A stretch of 63,194 bases of DNA, counting the filler, from Rhabdomonas costata (lineage: Eukaryota), in assembly GCA_019059605.1 (NCBI GenBank). It is 55 parts of 55 records of this genome, joined end to end, with 100 filler letters (N's around TTAATTAATTAA, not from the genome) between each part and the next. Parts side by side here need not be neighbours in the genome. Positions count along the whole stretch, not along the records: positions 60,998 to 62,047 come from JAHMHO010031347.1; positions 62,148 to 63,194 come from JAHMHO010031348.1; 53 more parts are not named here. One strand, written 5' to 3'. Positions within the stretch are counted from its first letter, which is position 1; the number at the start of each line of letters is the position of its first letter. The notes under the pieces were generated by a model. It saw only the letters and a list, made by a program, of their open reading frames with translations, did not search any database and was not told the origin of the DNA. Shown piece after piece: positions 61,212 to 63,194 of this stretch. The translations under genes and the position numbers were made by a program.

Positions 61212-62593
61212 ACATCTCACCATCCTACCCCTTTCTAATATAACCCCCTTTCTCCTTTCCCCTTTGTAGCTGGACAATGTCCTCTGCTTCATCCTGAGTT
61301 CACTTCGATGCGAGACCCTATTCTTCTCTCTGAACGAACGGCTTTTCATCAGTCTCCTTTTCGTCCCAGCGCTTCTTGGACGCTTGAACGTGTGTATGGA
61401 CGTTTTGTTTCAATTTCCAATCACACACACACACGCCCTTGCATCACTGTAAGATTGCTCATCCGTTTTTTCTACTCCGAACCCCGATGCTGTTTCTAAA
61501 GCATTTCGGTATAGCACTTCTCTGTATTCCAGCGATCACAATTCTTCAGAAGCTTTTCCCAATCGGAACGACAACCAGTTAATAATAGTTCAAAACTCCC
61601 TCCAGGTGAACGGCAAACACTGTAACCTTTGATTTGTTTTGATTTCTATGTCTGGAAGTTTAATGCATCCACGTTGTGGCAGATTGGAGGGAAATACACG
61701 CTTTATGGAGCTCACCATGTTCACCTCTACACGCAGCAACAGGAAAAGCAGCGTAGGGCCCCGGAGGGAAGCAACTCGTCCAAAGGTTCATACAGGCAAA
61801 GCGAAGCTACGCACTCACAATCCAAGATCAACCGTGAGGGAGGGGAGCATGGGGCTCTGTGGCGTCCGACATGCACAGAAAAAGGGAAAGAGGTCAGGAG
61901 CAAGGCAAAGGCGGCAAAAGGCATGTGAGGAGGCCTCAGACTCAACAGGGGATAAAAGTTGGAAACGGCATTCTCTTCTTCACTAATGATGATCGGGGCT
62001 GCCTTGGAAGACTTCTGGTATCCAAAACCAACCAAACACACCCACACNNNNNNNNNNNNNNNNNNNNNNNNNNNNNNNNNNNNNNNNNNNNTTAATTAAT
62101 TAANNNNNNNNNNNNNNNNNNNNNNNNNNNNNNNNNNNNNNNNNNNNTTGTGGGTTTTTCTGCCTGTTCCTGTGGTTTCGTGCCACTGCTCTGTGTTTTG
62201 GTTTGCGGGGGGATGCCGTTGATCTTGGATTTTAATGACGACGAATTATCCAAAAAAAAAATTGATGGATAATCCCCCTCTATTCATCTCTTCCTTCATT
62301 TGCCTGCCAGCTGTTTTGAGCTGTTTTGTTGCGCTTAAGTATTAAGGGTGGGTCGCGCATACGCAGCCGTTCGCTCCAACGGTACTCGTGGCTAACACGC
62401 CGTGCGGCCGTCAGTTCACAGTGGTTACCAACAGTGAACCAGGCAACAGCCAGCGCGCAATGCGCCCAACACACACACACACTTCTCACCACCTTCTTTT
62501 AGTGTGGCTCTGAAATTGCTCCGACCTCAGAACGTTTGGCACTGTCTAGATTCGCGGGGGAAAGAGGTTTCTGCTCGGCTGCGCTCTTCACAG

Positions 62594-62808
62594 AGAGAAG
62601 TTCCGCCGCCAGTTCCGCCAGTGGGTCGCGGGGGCCTTCTCCAACGTGCAGGAGCAGACGAGGGTGAAGGGCTTGATCCAGCAGGCCAGGAGGCAGGCAG
62701 GAGACAGCACCCTTGGGCTCAGCAAAAGAGGCGGGGATCCCTTTGTGCAGATCGGCATCCTGGAGCTTCGGCTCGAAAGCTTGCAGGAGGCTGAGCGGCA
62801 GTCCGTCG
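62594..62808 (+). CDS. Internal exon of an unknown helical/coiled-coil protein
   Basis: EKFRRQFRQWVAGAFSNVQEQTRVKGLIQQARRQAGD...LELRLESLQEAERQS; high GC3. Confidence 0.4.
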
Positions 62809-63194
62809 GGCGCCCTGTCTTCAACTTCACTGTGAAGACGATCAGCCGCTCGGTGCGAGTTTTCATTTGACTTTTTCCCCTTGTTCTCTGAATGCCCGTC
62901 TCTTCGCACCCTTGTTGCCAGTGAAGCCTCTTGCTGTCATATATATTGCAGTCAGCTATAAAGAAGAAAACGTCGCCGATAGGGTAGCCCGGCCTCCTAT
63001 GGAGAGTTTTTAACCTTGAACGTTCAAGAAGACCCGCGGTTCACTTTTGCATCACGTCTGACTCACAGGTGAAAGATCGCAGGCCCTCTTTAATGACGTT
63101 AATGAAAGTAGATGCCCCAACCTCCGTAACGTAAAGGGATCAAGAAGGTGGAAGCAAACTGTATGGCTGCGGTACATTATCTCCCCACCCCACC

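Noticed and set aside
1-63194. rRNA, tRNA or CRISPR loci, or a multi-gene operon-like system
   Set aside because: None recognised, and adjacency between contigs is artificial, so no gene-neighbourhood inference is valid.

Overview
This is not a continuous locus. It is 55 unrelated contigs of about 1.05 kb (1045-1056 bp) joined by 54 artificial 100-bp spacers (N44-TTAATTAATTAA-N44), so gene order across spacers means nothing. The source is an intron-rich microbial eukaryote, probably a euglenozoan (inferred from a kinetoplastid-type hexose transporter exon and a cyclase-linker exon). It was apparently whole-genome amplified: contig ends are overwritten by G/T-only primer sequence and several carry fold-back chimeras. 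Recognisable spliced gene fragments encode a histidine kinase (HisKA), a polycystin-like channel, an F-box protein, a MORN-repeat protein, an AI-2E transporter, a Ran-binding domain, a midasin-like AAA ATPase, a dynamin-related protein, a SAM methyltransferase, an MFS sugar transporter and a MavL/DUF4804-like protein. Decayed mobile elements (Penelope/Naiad-like RT, Polinton-like integrase, CRE-like endonuclease) are also present. Top observations: (1) a homology-forced GA-AG intron plus several GC-AG donors, i.e. relaxed 5' splice-site usage; (2) an AT-rich, intronless, giant-virus-like asparagine synthetase starting 14 bp from the exact end of a host interspersed repeat, a candidate endogenous giant-virus DNA hit by a host transposon; (3) two undescribed repeat families shared between contigs. 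All protein family calls are motif recognition by eye, not database results.
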